A stretch of DNA of 64,000 nt from an uncultured Chloroflexia bacterium (GCA_963720375.1 CAVRFM010000015.1:106999-170998), one strand, 5' to 3'; positions 19,735 to 31,602 are shown, numbered from the stretch's first letter. Notes: generated from the letters alone by a model not told the origin. Translations and numbers: made by a program.

Positions 19735-21307
19735 ATGGAGCAAACGACGTGGTACAAGAGGCGGTGGATTGCCCTGGGGTTCCTGGGTTTCTCTCTGTTG
19801 GTCATCGCTTTGGACAATACTGTATTGAACCTGGCTCTGCCGTCCATATCCAATCAACTGGGCTCTTCTGCCAGTGGACTGCAGTGGATCGTTGATGCCT
19901 ATATACTGGTCTTCGCAGCATTGCTGCTGACGATGGGTTCTATCGGCGACCGTATAGGTCGAAAGAAAACGCTGCAAGCAGGCCTGATAGTCTTCGGTTG
20001 TTTCTCTCTGGGTGCAGCGCTTTCCAGGTCTACGGTAATGCTCATCGCCATGCGCGCCATAATGGGTATAGGCGGTGCCATGATCATGCCCTCCACGCTC
20101 TCGATTCTGACGGCCACCTTCCGCGATCCCAAGGAGCGCGGCCAGGCCATCGCTCTCTGGGCCGCGGTCTTTGCGCTGGGGTTGGGCATTGGACCTCTTG
20201 TTGGAGGGTGGCTTCTGGAACACTTCAGTTGGAGCTCCGTGTTCTACATCAATCTGCCTATTGTAGTAGTCGCCTTGACCGGCGGATACATCTTCATCCA
20301 TGATTCCAGGGATGAGCATCCCAGCAAGGTTGACCTTCCTGGGTCTGTACTCTCGATTGCCGGACTCTTCGCGTTGGTGTATGGCATCATTGAGGCCGGG
20401 CAGAGTAGCTGGACGGCTCACAACGTCCTCTATGCTTTCGGTGCCGCGGTGGTGCTCCTGGGCGCATTCGCCTATTGGGAATGGCGTTCGCCGAATGCCG
20501 TGTTGCCGATAGCCTTCTTCAAGAACATGTCCTTCAGCGGAGCCAATATCGCCCTCACGCTGGTTGCCTTTGCTCTGATGGGGTCCATGTTCTTCATGGG
20601 CCAGTATCTTCAGACTGTGCAGGGCTACACCCCACTCCAAACCGGCGTACGTATGTTGCCCATTGCCTTTATGATCCTTTGCTGCTGCGGCAATGTCAGC
20701 ACGAGTTGCCCAGCGCATCGGCACCAAGTTCACAGTCGCCTTAGGTATTCTTGTTTCTGCTGGTGGCCTCTTCTACATCTCCCGGGTGATCGAAGTGAAC
20801 ACAAGTTACCCGGCGATCCTGCTTGGCATGGTTATTATGTCCATCGGTATAGGTTCGACCATGAGCCCGGCCACGAACTCCATCATGGGGTCGATTCCTG
20901 TGAGGAAAGCTGGGGTTGGTTCTGCCATGAACGATACCACGCGCCAGGTGGGGGCTGCTCTGGGAGTGGCAGTGCTCGGCACGCTCATGAATTCCGTCTA
21001 TATCAGCAAGATCGATGCGTTAAATGCGACACTGCATCTGCCTGACCAGCTGTTTGCGGCCATTCGCAGCAGCATACAGGGGGCGCACGTGTGCTCAGGC
21101 TATGAATCCGACCCGCAACTGTCTCAGATGATCGTCAACAAAGCCAACGAGGCGTTTGTCTCCGGCATGATCCGTGGTACGCTGATCGCTGCCATCATTA
21201 TGGCTGTCGCCTCTGTCGTCACTCTGATCATTTTGCCCTCGCGGGTCCGCCCTGCCAAGGAAGAGGACCATGCGCCGATTGTTCCAGATGCCAGCAAGGT
21301 TGAGTGA
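19735..21307 (+). CDS. DHA2-family MFS efflux transporter (frameshift near 20680)
   Basis: LDNTVLNLALP, GDRIGRKK; C-terminal half in ORF 20693-21307. Confidence 0.85.
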
Positions 21308-21346
21308 CGCATTTCGGTGTGGGAAAGCTGTGGTTGGTGGGCCAGT

Positions 21347-22562
21347 ATGCAAGCGGACAAATATCAGGACTACATGTACAACCTCATTAAGCAGGCGATC
21401 GATGAGATCGGCCCCCGGCCTTCCTGCAGTGAGGAGGAAAAGAGACTGGGTCGCCTTCTGGTCAGGGAATGGACACCCACCTGTAGTGCGGTTACTGCTG
21501 AGCCATTTATCTGCAGCCCCCGCGCCTATCTGGGCCATCTGCGCTTGTCAGTATTTCTATACTTCGTTGCGGTCATCTTATACTGGTTCTACCCGCCGGT
21601 CTCCTTTGGCCTGGCTGCCCTCAGCTTCGCCATACCGCTTTTCGAGCTGAGGGGATACCGTGAAGTCGTCGACTTTCTGTTTGCGCGGAAACGCGGCGAG
21701 AACATCATAGGAGTGATTCAGCCCCGTGCCGAGGTCAAACAGAGGGTCATTGTCAGCGCCCACCAGGATTCAGCCTAACGAGTTCTATCTCCTGTATCGC
21801 CTGGGGAGTGCTGCTATTCTGCTTATGGCGATCGCTTTTGTAGGCGTCCTTCTGATCCTCGGCGGCAGCCTGGCCAGGACTGTTGCCTACTTCACTGGCT
21901 CTGCTGATGCCACGGTCTACATGGTGATCGGGATTGTGGCCATTGCGCTTACACCCGCGGTTGGCATGACTCTGTTCTTCTACACTAATAGATCTGTCCC
22001 CGGCGCTATGGATGACATGGCCGGGCTTGCCGTTGTTACCGGGTTGGGCAAGTACCTGGATGAAGCAGAGAAGACCGGTGAGTTCTTTCCTCAAAGGACT
22101 GAGGTAGTGTTGCTGGCGACATCGTCCGAAGAAGCCGGCATGCGCGGTGCCAAAAGGTATGTCGAGAAACACCTGAAGGAGTTGAAGGAAACTCCGACAT
22201 ACGGACTATTCATGGACTGTATCTACGATGAGAAGCTTCTCACTGTGATCGACCGCGAGCCATTCGCGGGGGCCCGGCACGACCCTGAACTGGTGAAGCT
22301 GGCTCAGGAGGCAGGGGCCAAACGCCACTGGCCCATAAGAACCAGGCAGCTTCGCGTGGGTTTCACCGATGCCTCCGCCTTTTCACTGAATGGCATTCCC
22401 GTCGTCTGCCTGATGTGCGCGGACAGTCCTAGACTCCAGCTGCTGCCCAACTACCACACGCGCAATGATGGCTGCGAGCAAGTCCATCCGCAATCGCTGT
22501 CGGTATCCCTCCAGATGGCGATCGATCTGATTGAGTGCATCGACAGGAATAGAAATCAATAG
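21347..22562 (+). CDS. M28-family peptidase with TM insert (frameshift near 21777)
   Basis: SAHQDSA, PGAMDD, SEEAGMRGA, TDA, YHT split over two ORFs. Confidence 0.8.
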
Positions 22563-22655
22563 ATAGTGATTTGTGCTTTGCTCGACCGAAGGGGAAAGCA
22601 GCTTTAAAAACGGTGCCGGTGGTTCCGTCTGTGGGATCCTCTGCCGCTCACTGGC

Positions 22656-22699
22656 TTGACATACTCTCCTCTCCACTATACGATTCGCACAGCTATTAC
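22656..22699 (+). promoter_or_regulatory. Promoter module duplicated at 31915-31959
   Basis: TTGACA-N17-TACGAT-TCGCACAGCTATTAC. Confidence 0.65.
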
Positions 22700-22745
22700 G
22701 GTGCAAAAGAGGGTGCTGCGCATAAAAAGGACATGAATCAGCAAT

Positions 22746-23336
22746 ATGAAAGTATCAGTGATTCTGGGACATCCCGACAAATCAAGCTTTAATCATGCGA
22801 TTGCAGGCACAACGGTAGACACTCTTAAAGGGAAAGGTCATGAAGTGTACTTCCATGATCTATATGAGGAGAAATTTGATCCGATATTGCCGATGGAGGA
22901 GATTCCCGGCGATGCTCTATTGCCTCCTGAAATAGAAAAGCATTGCAGTGAGATTGCTGAAGCAGGCGGGATAGTAATCGTCCATCTGAATTGGTGGGGT
23001 CAACCACCGGCGATAATAAAGGGATGGATTGACAGGGTCATCCGTCCGGGTGTTGCTTATGAGTTCCTGGAAGGAGATAAAGGGGAAGGGGTCCCGAATG
23101 GTCTGCTGAGAGCAAAAGTAGCTGTGGTATTTAACACCTCAAACACATCAACGGAAAGGGAACAGACGGTTTTCTCTGATCCACTTGAGACACTGTGGAA
23201 GAATTGTATATTTGGTCTATGTGGTGTTCTCAACTTCTACCGGAGGGTGTTTAGCGTTGTTGTTGTCAGCACCGAGGAGCAGAGAAGCAAGTGGCTCCGG
23301 GAAGTTCGGGAATCAGTGGGCAGGTACTTTCCATAA
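22746..23336 (+). CDS. Flavodoxin-fold NAD(P)H dehydrogenase (quinone) family
   Basis: GHPDKSSFN, DLYEEKFDP, WWGQPPAIIKGWIDRV. Confidence 0.9.
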   Translation: MKVSVILGHPDKSSFNHAIAGTTVDTLKGKGHEVYFHDLYEEKFDPILPMEEIPGDALLPPEIEKHCSEIAEAGGIVIVHLNWWGQPPAIIKGWIDRVIRPGVAYEFLEGDKGEGVPNGLLRAKVAVVFNTSNTSTEREQTVFSDPLETLWKNCIFGLCGVLNFYRRVFSVVVVSTEEQRSKWLREVRESVGRYFP

Positions 23337-23479
23337 AAGAATGAATTACTTGCATGACGAGCGGCGTTCTATTCTGATCTGAAGGCCAACTCTACCTTTA
23401 AGGGAGGGCGTGGATGAGGAAAGAGACTGACTAGAGGGTCATTGTATACTGTAGCCCTGTGAATCGAAGAGGAGGTCGT

Positions 23480-23896
23480 ATGAACAAGAGCGAAATACTA
23501 GCCTTGATCAATGCCAACCCGGCCTGTCATCTGGCCACGGCGGAGGGAGATGCACCACACGTCCGCGGCATCCTTTTGTACAAGGCTGATGAGAACGGGA
23601 TCGTGTTTCATACGGGCAGAACGAAGGACTTACACAGGCAGCTGTCTAAGAATCCCAGGGTAGAATTCTGTTTCAATGACTATCAGAGGGATATTCAGGT
23701 AAGAGTCAGCGGCGTTGTCGAACTGGTTGAGGACATGGAGCTGAAGAAGGAAATAGTGGCCAAGCGCGATTTCTTGAAGCCCTGGGTGGAGAAGTCGGGA
23801 TATGAGATGCTTGTGGTCTACCGTCTCAGGAAAGGTCAGGCCACAGTCTGGACAATGGAGACCAACTTCGCCCCTAAGACCTATATTGAGTTGTGA
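23480..23896 (+). CDS. Pyridoxamine 5'-phosphate oxidase-like FMN-binding protein
   Basis: LATAEGDAPHVR...QLSKNPRVEFCF...QVRVSG. Confidence 0.88.
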   Translation: MNKSEILALINANPACHLATAEGDAPHVRGILLYKADENGIVFHTGRTKDLHRQLSKNPRVEFCFNDYQRDIQVRVSGVVELVEDMELKKEIVAKRDFLKPWVEKSGYEMLVVYRLRKGQATVWTMETNFAPKTYIEL

Positions 23897-24134
23897 ACCG
23901 CTTCGTCTCGGTGGATCGCCTCGCGAGTACGGATACCGGATCGAGTGAGCCAGGATCACCATTTGCTTCTACCAGATATTGCTCTTAAAAAACGCATGGT
24001 ATGATATATTCACATATACACATCAGATAAGGCATCTTCTCTTCCGAGTATTGCTTCTGCGCTGGCAGTAGTTCATAGCGCATCTGGTTCAAGATATGTC
24101 GGCTGCAAATCGGCTATCAATAAGGAGGTGAACC

Positions 24135-25187
24135 ATGCCTGACGGTGCTGAATCTGGGGTAACCCCCCTGGCCGAGCTACAACCGGCTATTGTGACAGAG
24201 GGTTTGTACAAGTCATTCGGGTCTGTGAAGGCTTTGGATGGTGTTGCCCTGGTAGTGCAGCCTGGTACCGTTATGGCGCTTCTGGGCCCTAATGGAGCAG
24301 GTAAGACCACGGTTATACGTATTCTGGCCACATTGATGCGACCGGACTCCGGGCGGGCTGAGGTTCTGGGGCACGATGTGCTGCGTGAGGCGGCAGTGGT
24401 GCGCGCTCTCATTGGATTGACCGGCCAATATGCTGCTGTTGATGAAAACCTCACCGGCCGGGAGAACCTGGAAATGGTAGGCCGGCTCTACCATCTTGGC
24501 GGGTCGGAGGCCCGAAAGAGGGCCGGCGAGTTGCTGGAGAGCCTTGATCTCGCCGAGGCTGCCGACCGGAGAGTGAAGACATACTCCGGGGGAATGCGGC
24601 GCCGCCTAGACCTAGCGGCCAGCCTGGTGGCCCGCCCGCCGGTGTTATTTCTGGATGAGCCGACTACCGGCCTCGATCCAAGGAGCCGTCTTGGCCTGTG
24701 GGATACCATCGCTGGTCTGGTCAAAGGAGGCACAACAGTACTGTTGACCACTCAGTACCTGGAGGAGGCAGACCGTCTGGCTAACCACATCGCAGTGATC
24801 GACCACGGCCGCATCATCGAGCAGGGTACCCCGGAGTATCTGAAGGAATGCTGCGGTGGTGATGTTCTGCTGCAGCTGCGTCTGACAGATCGCAGCCAGA
24901 CAGCGCTTGGTGCGGAGATACTGGCAACATTCGGTGAAGGCAAGATCCGGGCGGATGCAGAAACGGGTCAACTGGACCTGCCTGTGGAAAAGGGAACTAC
25001 GATCCTGCCGGAGGTGATACGCCGTCTGGATGCCCGCGGGGTTGCTATTTATGACATTGCACTCAGGCGGCCTACTCTGGACGATGTATTCCTGTCGCTG
25101 ACGGGTCGCACTGCGGAGGCCTCGTCTGAAGAAGGTACTGAAATGAAAAAGGGCAGAAAACCCCGCTCTGAAAGGAGGAAGCCATGA
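24135..25187 (+). CDS. DrrA-like ABC exporter ATP-binding subunit
   Basis: GPNGAGKT, TGQYAAVDE, YSGGMRRRLDLA, PTLDDVFL. Confidence 0.93.
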   Translation: MPDGAESGVTPLAELQPAIVTEGLYKSFGSVKALDGVALVVQPGTVMALLGPNGAGKTTVIRILATLMRPDSGRAEVLGHDVLREAAVVRALIGLTGQYAAVDENLTGRENLEMVGRLYHLGGSEARKRAGELLESLDLAEAADRRVKTYSGGMRRRLDLAASLVARPPVLFLDEPTTGLDPRSRLGLWDTIAGLVKGGTTVLLTTQYLEEADRLANHIAVIDHGRIIEQGTPEYLKECCGGDVLLQLRLTDRSQTALGAEILATFGEGKIRADAETGQLDLPVEKGTTILPEVIRRLDARGVAIYDIALRRPTLDDVFLSLTGRTAEASSEEGTEMKKGRKPRSERRKP

Positions 25188-25978
25188 TCAGTGCCAGGGC
25201 TGCGACGCGATCTTCCGAGTTCATGTGGATAATCCCGGACACGCTGGTGATAACCTGGCGAAGTGTGCTGCGTTTTGTACGCCTTCCTCAATTGCTGGTC
25301 TTCTCCACCATCCAGCCAGTGTTGATGCTGCTGCTGTTCAACTATGTCTTCGGAGGTGCTATTAACACCGGCGGGATCAAGTATATTCAATATCTTTTGC
25401 CGGGCTTTCTGGTTCAGATAGTGGTTTTTGGGTCCACACAGGCCAGCGTTGGCCTAGCCGAGGACCTCTCGCGGGGCATTATCGACCGGTTCCGTTCGCT
25501 GCCAATGGCGCGAGCTGCTGTGCTTGCCGGCCGTACCTTGGCTGATACCTTACGATACATCTTCCTGGTTCTGCTTATGGTCGCAGTGGGCTCTGCCATG
25601 GGGTTCAGATTCCATAATGGAATAGGCCCTGCCATTGCCGCCCCATTGCTGGCTGTCCTGTTCGGCTTTGCCTTCACGTGGATTTCGGCCTTCATTGGCA
25701 TGACGGTGAAGGATGTGGAGACAGCGCAGGTTGCCGGCTTTGTCTGGGTCTTCCCTGTCGTTTTTGCCAGTTCCATGTTTGCGCCGGTGAAGACGATGCC
25801 CGGCTGGCTGCAGGCCTTTGCTAAGGTGAATCCGGTAACACCGACAACCGATACAATCCGGGCGCTTTGCTCTGGTGGTGAGATAATGTCACACCTGTGG
25901 CAGTCACTGGCCTGGATAGGCGGGCTCCTGGTGGTCTTTGTGACTCTGGCCATCAGCCGCTACCGGCGGATTGCCTAG
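25184..25978 (+). CDS. DrrB-like ABC-2 permease
   Basis: GIIDRFRSLPMAR, MPGWLQAFAKVNP. Confidence 0.92.
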   Translation: MISARAATRSSEFMWIIPDTLVITWRSVLRFVRLPQLLVFSTIQPVLMLLLFNYVFGGAINTGGIKYIQYLLPGFLVQIVVFGSTQASVGLAEDLSRGIIDRFRSLPMARAAVLAGRTLADTLRYIFLVLLMVAVGSAMGFRFHNGIGPAIAAPLLAVLFGFAFTWISAFIGMTVKDVETAQVAGFVWVFPVVFASSMFAPVKTMPGWLQAFAKVNPVTPTTDTIRALCSGGEIMSHLWQSLAWIGGLLVVFVTLAISRYRRIA

Positions 25979-26036
25979 GCTTTGACATATTCACTGGCTG
26001 AGCGATGGTATGAAGGCGAGCTGCATTGCCCGGCCT

Positions 26037-26667
26037 TCATTCATCCTTGAAGCCGTTTTCGAGATGCGATCCGTCACAGAAGGGTTTGTTCTTCGAACCA
26101 CCACACCGGCACAGCGTGTAGTGTTCCGGACACGCCGGTTTTGAGTTCATATCATCCTGAAGTTCAACGCCGCCGACAACTTTAAGGGGGCCGTTCCTGC
26201 TGACCGTTATGGCAGGCTCATGTCCGAAGTCTCGGCAATGTTCGCCCCCGATCTTGTAGGTCAAGGCACCGGAAGGGCATTTTCTGATCGTCTTGATGAT
26301 CTCATCAGAACTGGCAGCGTCGGGATCACAGGTTTCGAAAACCTGAGGAAGGTCGTTTATGCATGACCTGTGACGAGAGCAGACGTCCGTATTGTCCACT
26401 ATAGTGATGTCCTTACCCACGTACTCATTTACCTGGCCGCATACCCTGTCGGGGTCTCTATCCCCTACGAAGCCAACCTTTGAATGAGACCCGTCGCAGT
26501 AGGGTTTGTTCTTTGAAGCACCGCAACGACAGAGCAGGACAACCGGCTTCACCGGCAGGTCATTCCCTGCGGAATCCCTTAAGTGCTTCAGATTCGTTAC
26601 TCTGTACGGGCCGCCCCTGGTTACTGTAATCAAAGGCCTTTTGCTCTCTCTTTTCGTCTTCAGCCAT
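26037..26667 (-). CDS. CDGSH iron-sulfur domain protein (two CDGSH plus divergent 4Fe-4S); probable 5' frameshift
   Basis: LCRCGASKNKPYCDGSH twice, CPSGAL; RBS plus ATG at 26667 is out of frame by one base. Confidence 0.88.
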
Positions 26668-26958
26668 ATTGCCCTCCAAACAGCCGGGATTTCTTCGTAC
26701 CTTGAAAACCTTCCTGAGATTATAGCACCTCAACTGCCCTGGCTCAGATCGCTGTGCCATCTCTAGAGTTAGACTTATTGGCATACCATGCTATCGTCCA
26801 CGCCGGAGGAACTTCTTCAGGTGGGATCGGTTCAGCAGTTGCAGGAGCTTTGAGTGGCCCGGTGGCGTTCTCAGACATGCATTTGACGGCGTGGTATAAT
26901 GAGCCGGACTGCACGGCGAAACCACAAACCCCTCCTCCCTCTTTGAGGTAGATCTGCA

Positions 26959-28989
26959 ATGGACGGAATTCCACCTATCCGGGTGATGGAGCCATCTGGC
27001 AAGGGAGCGAGACGCCAGTTCTCGAAAGCCCTTCTGGGTCACACCACTGAGCTTGACCTGAAATCCATCAAATCGCGCCTGAGAGAGATCCGCGAGAGTT
27101 CCCTGATGGAACAAGTGTCCATCGTGGAGCAGTTCAGGGATGCCACCGCGAAATTTCAAGGCGCAGACTGCCGCCTGGCACGTGACGGTGCGGAAGCGGT
27201 GAACTACATCAGTCAGATTGCCCCCGGAACAAAGGACATAGTAATAAACAGGTCGAGTCTCGTCATCAATGAGTTGCAGCCGGGACTGGAGAAACTCGGT
27301 TTCCGGATCGGCGAGCCCTACTACGCCGGGTTGGATTCCTTCAATAACAAAATTGCAGACTATTGGGACCTTCCCCACTTGCTGGCCAAAGGGCTCGTGG
27401 GGAACTTCGAAATCTCAAACGGGCCAGCCCTGGCAACATCCCGGGGCGAAGGAAGAACGAAGGACTGCGTTGCTCTGCTGGGGGTCAGCGCCGCCTCGGC
27501 GGAGGACGGCTCGATCTTCTTCCTCCAGCATTCCTCCAATATATCGAAGAGCCTGGAACAGGCCAGACACGTCATCCTCGTCGTGGGGCTGGACAAGGTC
27601 GTAAAGAGCAGGGAAGACGCCGTCTTTCAAACCAGGTGTATGGGGATATTCGGCCTGGAAAGCATGCTCCTGAACCTCAAACCCGGGCAGAGAAACGGCG
27701 ACGGCATGGACAGTCTGCCGGAGTACCCCGGACGTCCGGACAGAGCAGTGCACATTGTCCTGCTCGACAATGGCAGAAGCCGGATGCTGCCCAGCGCCTT
27801 CAGGGATCTGCTTCTCTGTATAGGCTGTAAGGCCTGCGTGAGGCAGTGTCCTATTAATCATTCTATGACCCGTGATGGGGCTGTGTGGAGTCCTAGGGAT
27901 CACCTCTTCACTTTCCTTTTGGGCTGGAATCCGTTGATGGACACATGCCTTCACTGCGAAACGTGCCGTGTGGAATGTCCTCTATCGATTGACCTTCCAT
28001 CATTGATGTGGCAAGCCCAGGCAGATTGGGCGACCAAACACGGGCGAACCCTGCGTGACCGCATCCTGGGGAACCCGGAGATTCTTGCCAGGGTGGGGTC
28101 CATCGCCGCGCCAGTTTCTAATGCTGTGGTCAACGTTGACCCAGGGAGAACGATGATCAAGGCGGGCCTCAGCCTCGATGCGAGGAGACAGTTGCCCCAG
28201 TTTCGCCATGAGACGTTCAGGCACTGGTTTGCCAGGCGAAGTGGACACAGTCCGAAGTCAGCGGATCATAGAAAAGTGGCCTGCTACGTTGGCTGTTTTG
28301 CCAACTATTACCGCCCGGAGGTGGCCCAGGCCATGGTCAGGGTCCTGGAAAGAAACGGCGTTGAGGTCGTGGTTCCCCGCCAGAAGTGCTGTGGCATGCC
28401 CATGATGGCCAACAAGAACAGGCGTGCCTTTCACAGGGATGCGGAGTATAATATCCGCTCCCTGGCTGCCATGATCGCCGACGGTTGCGATATCGTGGCC
28501 ACCTGTCCCAGTTGCGCCCTCATGATCAAACGGGAGTATCCGGATCTCTGTGACAGCGATATGGCCAGGCTGGTCTCCGGTCACACTTACTATGTGGACG
28601 AGTACCTCATGCACTTAAAGCGGGAAGGCCACCTCAGCATGGACCTGGCCGAAATAGCGCAGTCAGCCTTCTATCACCTGCCCTGTCACCTGAAGGTGCA
28701 AGACGGCGCCGGGGATTCGCTCGAACTGATGCACCTCATCCCGGGGTTATCTATCAGCTGTGTGAACGCCGACTGCTGCGGCATGGCCGGCTATCACGGC
28801 TACAAAAAGGAATATTCGGACCTGACTATGGAGATCAGCGGCAAGCTCTTCACCGAGATCAGGACGGCCAGGGCGGACAGGGTCATCACCAGTTGCGCCG
28901 CCTGCCGGTTGCAGATAGAGGCGGGCACCGGGATCAAGGCCACACACCCTGTTCAGCTGCTGGAGGAAGCCTATAGCCTTAAAGCGTAG
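26959..28989 (+). CDS. LUD-domain / 4Fe-4S / CCG (GlpC-like) fusion oxidoreductase
   Basis: LUD-like VVGLDKVV, LLDNGRS; CIGCKACVRQCP, CLHCETCRVECP; two CCG motifs. Confidence 0.85.
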   Translation: MDGIPPIRVMEPSGKGARRQFSKALLGHTTELDLKSIKSRLREIRESSLMEQVSIVEQFRDATAKFQGADCRLARDGAEAVNYISQIAPGTKDIVINRSSLVINELQPGLEKLGFRIGEPYYAGLDSFNNKIADYWDLPHLLAKGLVGNFEISNGPALATSRGEGRTKDCVALLGVSAASAEDGSIFFLQHSSNISKSLEQARHVILVVGLDKVVKSREDAVFQTRCMGIFGLESMLLNLKPGQRNGDGMDSLPEYPGRPDRAVHIVLLDNGRSRMLPSAFRDLLLCIGCKACVRQCPINHSMTRDGAVWSPRDHLFTFLLGWNPLMDTCLHCETCRVECPLSIDLPSLMWQAQADWATKHGRTLRDRILGNPEILARVGSIAAPVSNAVVNVDPGRTMIKAGLSLDARRQLPQFRHETFRHWFARRSGHSPKSADHRKVACYVGCFANYYRPEVAQAMVRVLERNGVEVVVPRQKCCGMPMMANKNRRAFHRDAEYNIRSLAAMIADGCDIVATCPSCALMIKREYPDLCDSDMARLVSGHTYYVDEYLMHLKREGHLSMDLAEIAQSAFYHLPCHLKVQDGAGDSLELMHLIPGLSISCVNADCCGMAGYHGYKKEYSDLTMEISGKLFTEIRTARADRVITSCAACRLQIEAGTGIKATHPVQLLEEAYSLKA

Positions 28990-29082
28990 CCGTTGATCGA
29001 CTGCGGAGATGATATGGAGCAGCAGTTTCACTGCCGGAAATGACTGTGCTCCCGATTCGGTCCGGGGCACGAGGAGGCTGAA

Positions 29083-30966
29083 ATGCAGGAACAGAAGATA
29101 GCGTACATCGATCTATCGAGTGGTCAGATCCAAAAACAGCCCATTCCGGAGAAAATGCGCCGGATGTATCTCGGCGGCAGGGGTATCGATGTGTATCTGA
29201 TGTACAACCACATCCCTCCCGGCAGCGACCCCCTGGGCCCGGAAAACGTCCTGACCTTCAGCGCCGGTCTGCTGGGAGGAACTCTGGCTCCATCCAGCGG
29301 CAGATGTCACATAGGGGCGAAGTCTCCACTGACAGGCTTCATAGGCAGCTCCAACATGGGAGGCTTCTTTGCTCCCGAGCTCAGGTTCGCCGGATTTGAC
29401 CATCTGGTGATCAAAGGAAAAGCGGAGAAGCCGGTCTACCTCTGGGTCCATGACGGAGACATTGAGATCCGGGATGCCGCCCATCTGTGGGGCAAAGACA
29501 CATTCGAGACGCCGGCCATTATCAGGAAGGGGCATCAGGATGACGAGATAAAGGTAGCCTGCATTGGATTGGCCGGGGAGAACCTGGTCAGGTATGCCTG
29601 CGTCCTGGGAGGGTTGAAGAACGCCGCCGGCCGGACGGGAATGGGCTGTGTCATGGGCTCGAAGAAGCTGAAGGCCATCGCGGTGAGGGGTACTCAGGAT
29701 TTGAGCATTTCCTATACCAAAGAGGCTATGGGGTATCTGGAGCATATTATGGGACTGTTAAGGAGCAGCCCGGCGATGAAAGAGTTCTCCAGACTGGGCA
29801 CTCCTGCCTGGCACGATACCTCGGACATGATCGGCCGCGTCAGGAACAGAAACTTCCAACGCAATCAGGTTCCGGATGGGGGGAGTCTGTATGCCGAGAA
29901 TATGCTTAAATTCTCGATAGGGATGGCTGGCTGTTTCGGCTGCCCGGTTCACTGCCGCCACAGATATATAGTCCCGGAAGGCCCTGATAAAGGGAAATAC
30001 ATGGAAGGGCCGGAATGGAGTACGCTGGCGGCCCTTACTGCAGAGGTCGATTGTAAGAGAATGGAAGTTGCCCTTGTCGGCAATTACCTGGTCAACAAGT
30101 ACGGTATTGACTCCCTGGAGCTGGGCAGTATGGTCTCATGGGCGATAGAACTGTATGAGAAGGGGATCATTGATGACAGGGTCACTGATGGCCTGAAGCT
30201 GGAGTGGGGCAACGATCAGGTGCTGTACGAGATGGTGCACCGGATTGCCAAGAGGCAGGGACTGGGAGATATCCTGGCTGAGGGCCCTCTCAGGGCCATA
30301 GAGAAGCTGGGAGAGAAGTCCCGCTACTACAATGTTCACATCAAGGGCATGAGCTGCCTCCACACGGACGAAAGGGCCACGCCCAGCCATTCATTAGGCA
30401 TAGCTGTGGCCACTAGGGGTGCGGACCACCTGAGAAACCGCCCCGGCCTGGATGCCCACCTGCTGCCGCCGGAGATCAGGGACAAGCTGTTCGGGTTCCC
30501 GGTGCCGGAGATGAATGCCTATGAAGGGAGCGGCAGGTTAATCCGGTGGCATGAGCTTCTATATGCTATTCCCGATGCTCTGGGGACATGCAAATTCTAC
30601 CCCCTCTTCATGAGCCCCTCCAGCATTGGCTACGAGGATTACTGCAAGCTGGTTCACCACATCGCGGGCCTTGATCTGTCACCATCGGGGATGATGGAAA
30701 TAGCCGAACGAATCTGTATCCTGGAGAGGATGTTCAACAATCGTGAGGGAGCAAAGAGAAAAGATGACACTCCGCCCGAGCGCTACTTTGTGGAACCGAC
30801 TCCTCTCGGCCCGCCCGGGTTCAAGGACAAGACGATAGACAGGGAAGGGTATGAAAAGGTGCTCGATGAATACTATGAGCTGTATGGCTGTGACAGGAAT
30901 GGAGTACCCAGATCAGATACCCTGGTAAGGTTAGGCCTGGATCAGGAACCTTCGCATATTATCTAG
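29083..30966 (+). CDS. Aldehyde:ferredoxin oxidoreductase (W/Mo)
   Basis: YLGGRG, KSPLTG, AGRTGMGCVMGSKKLKAI, CFGCPVHC, EGPEW. Confidence 0.93.
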   Translation: MQEQKIAYIDLSSGQIQKQPIPEKMRRMYLGGRGIDVYLMYNHIPPGSDPLGPENVLTFSAGLLGGTLAPSSGRCHIGAKSPLTGFIGSSNMGGFFAPELRFAGFDHLVIKGKAEKPVYLWVHDGDIEIRDAAHLWGKDTFETPAIIRKGHQDDEIKVACIGLAGENLVRYACVLGGLKNAAGRTGMGCVMGSKKLKAIAVRGTQDLSISYTKEAMGYLEHIMGLLRSSPAMKEFSRLGTPAWHDTSDMIGRVRNRNFQRNQVPDGGSLYAENMLKFSIGMAGCFGCPVHCRHRYIVPEGPDKGKYMEGPEWSTLAALTAEVDCKRMEVALVGNYLVNKYGIDSLELGSMVSWAIELYEKGIIDDRVTDGLKLEWGNDQVLYEMVHRIAKRQGLGDILAEGPLRAIEKLGEKSRYYNVHIKGMSCLHTDERATPSHSLGIAVATRGADHLRNRPGLDAHLLPPEIRDKLFGFPVPEMNAYEGSGRLIRWHELLYAIPDALGTCKFYPLFMSPSSIGYEDYCKLVHHIAGLDLSPSGMMEIAERICILERMFNNREGAKRKDDTPPERYFVEPTPLGPPGFKDKTIDREGYEKVLDEYYELYGCDRNGVPRSDTLVRLGLDQEPSHII

Positions 30967-31016
30967 TGCATGGTTGCACCGGTCAGGCCAATATTTCAGC
31001 AGGGAGGGCACGAACG

Positions 31017-31502
31017 ATGAAGAAAATGCTGATCGTAGACCATTCGAAATGCACCGGCTGCAGGCTCTGTGAGGTGGTCTGCTCTGTCAACAAGAATGGG
31101 ACGGTGAATCCGGGCAGGGCCATGGTCGCCGTCGTCAAGTGGGACCAGGACTGCATTGCCATCCCCATGCTCTGCCAGCAGTGTGAGGCGGCCCCCTGTA
31201 TGGCGGTGTGTCCGGTGAAGGCCCTCGCCAGGGACGAGGACATTGGCAGGGTGACGGTAAATTATGATCTCTGTATCGGCTGCAGGTTCTGCGTGGCAGT
31301 CTGCCCGTTCGGCGCTGTGGGTTTCGACCCTGCTGCCAGAAAAATCATCAAATGCGACCTTTGTGATGGTGAACCGACGTGCGCGAAGTTCTGTGAAACA
31401 AAAGCCCTCCAGTACATCGACGTTACCACTGCGAACAGAGAAAAGAGGAGACAGGCAGCGGAGGTGCTGTCGGACCTGATCAGGAAGGCTGGCGCCAGGT
31501 GA
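31017..31502 (+). CDS. 4Fe-4S dicluster protein (AOR partner)
   Basis: CTGCRLCEVVC, CQQCEAAPCMAVCP, CIGCRFCVAVCP, KCDLC. Confidence 0.92.
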   Translation: MKKMLIVDHSKCTGCRLCEVVCSVNKNGTVNPGRAMVAVVKWDQDCIAIPMLCQQCEAAPCMAVCPVKALARDEDIGRVTVNYDLCIGCRFCVAVCPFGAVGFDPAARKIIKCDLCDGEPTCAKFCETKALQYIDVTTANREKRRQAAEVLSDLIRKAGAR

Positions 31503-31602
31503 AGCGCCTCCCTTGACATATTCAGAACATATCCTGTAAGATGCAGAGCACGATCGATCTTCGGGGAGCGTATCGGAGTCCACGAGGAGAAAGGGAGGGG
31601 AC

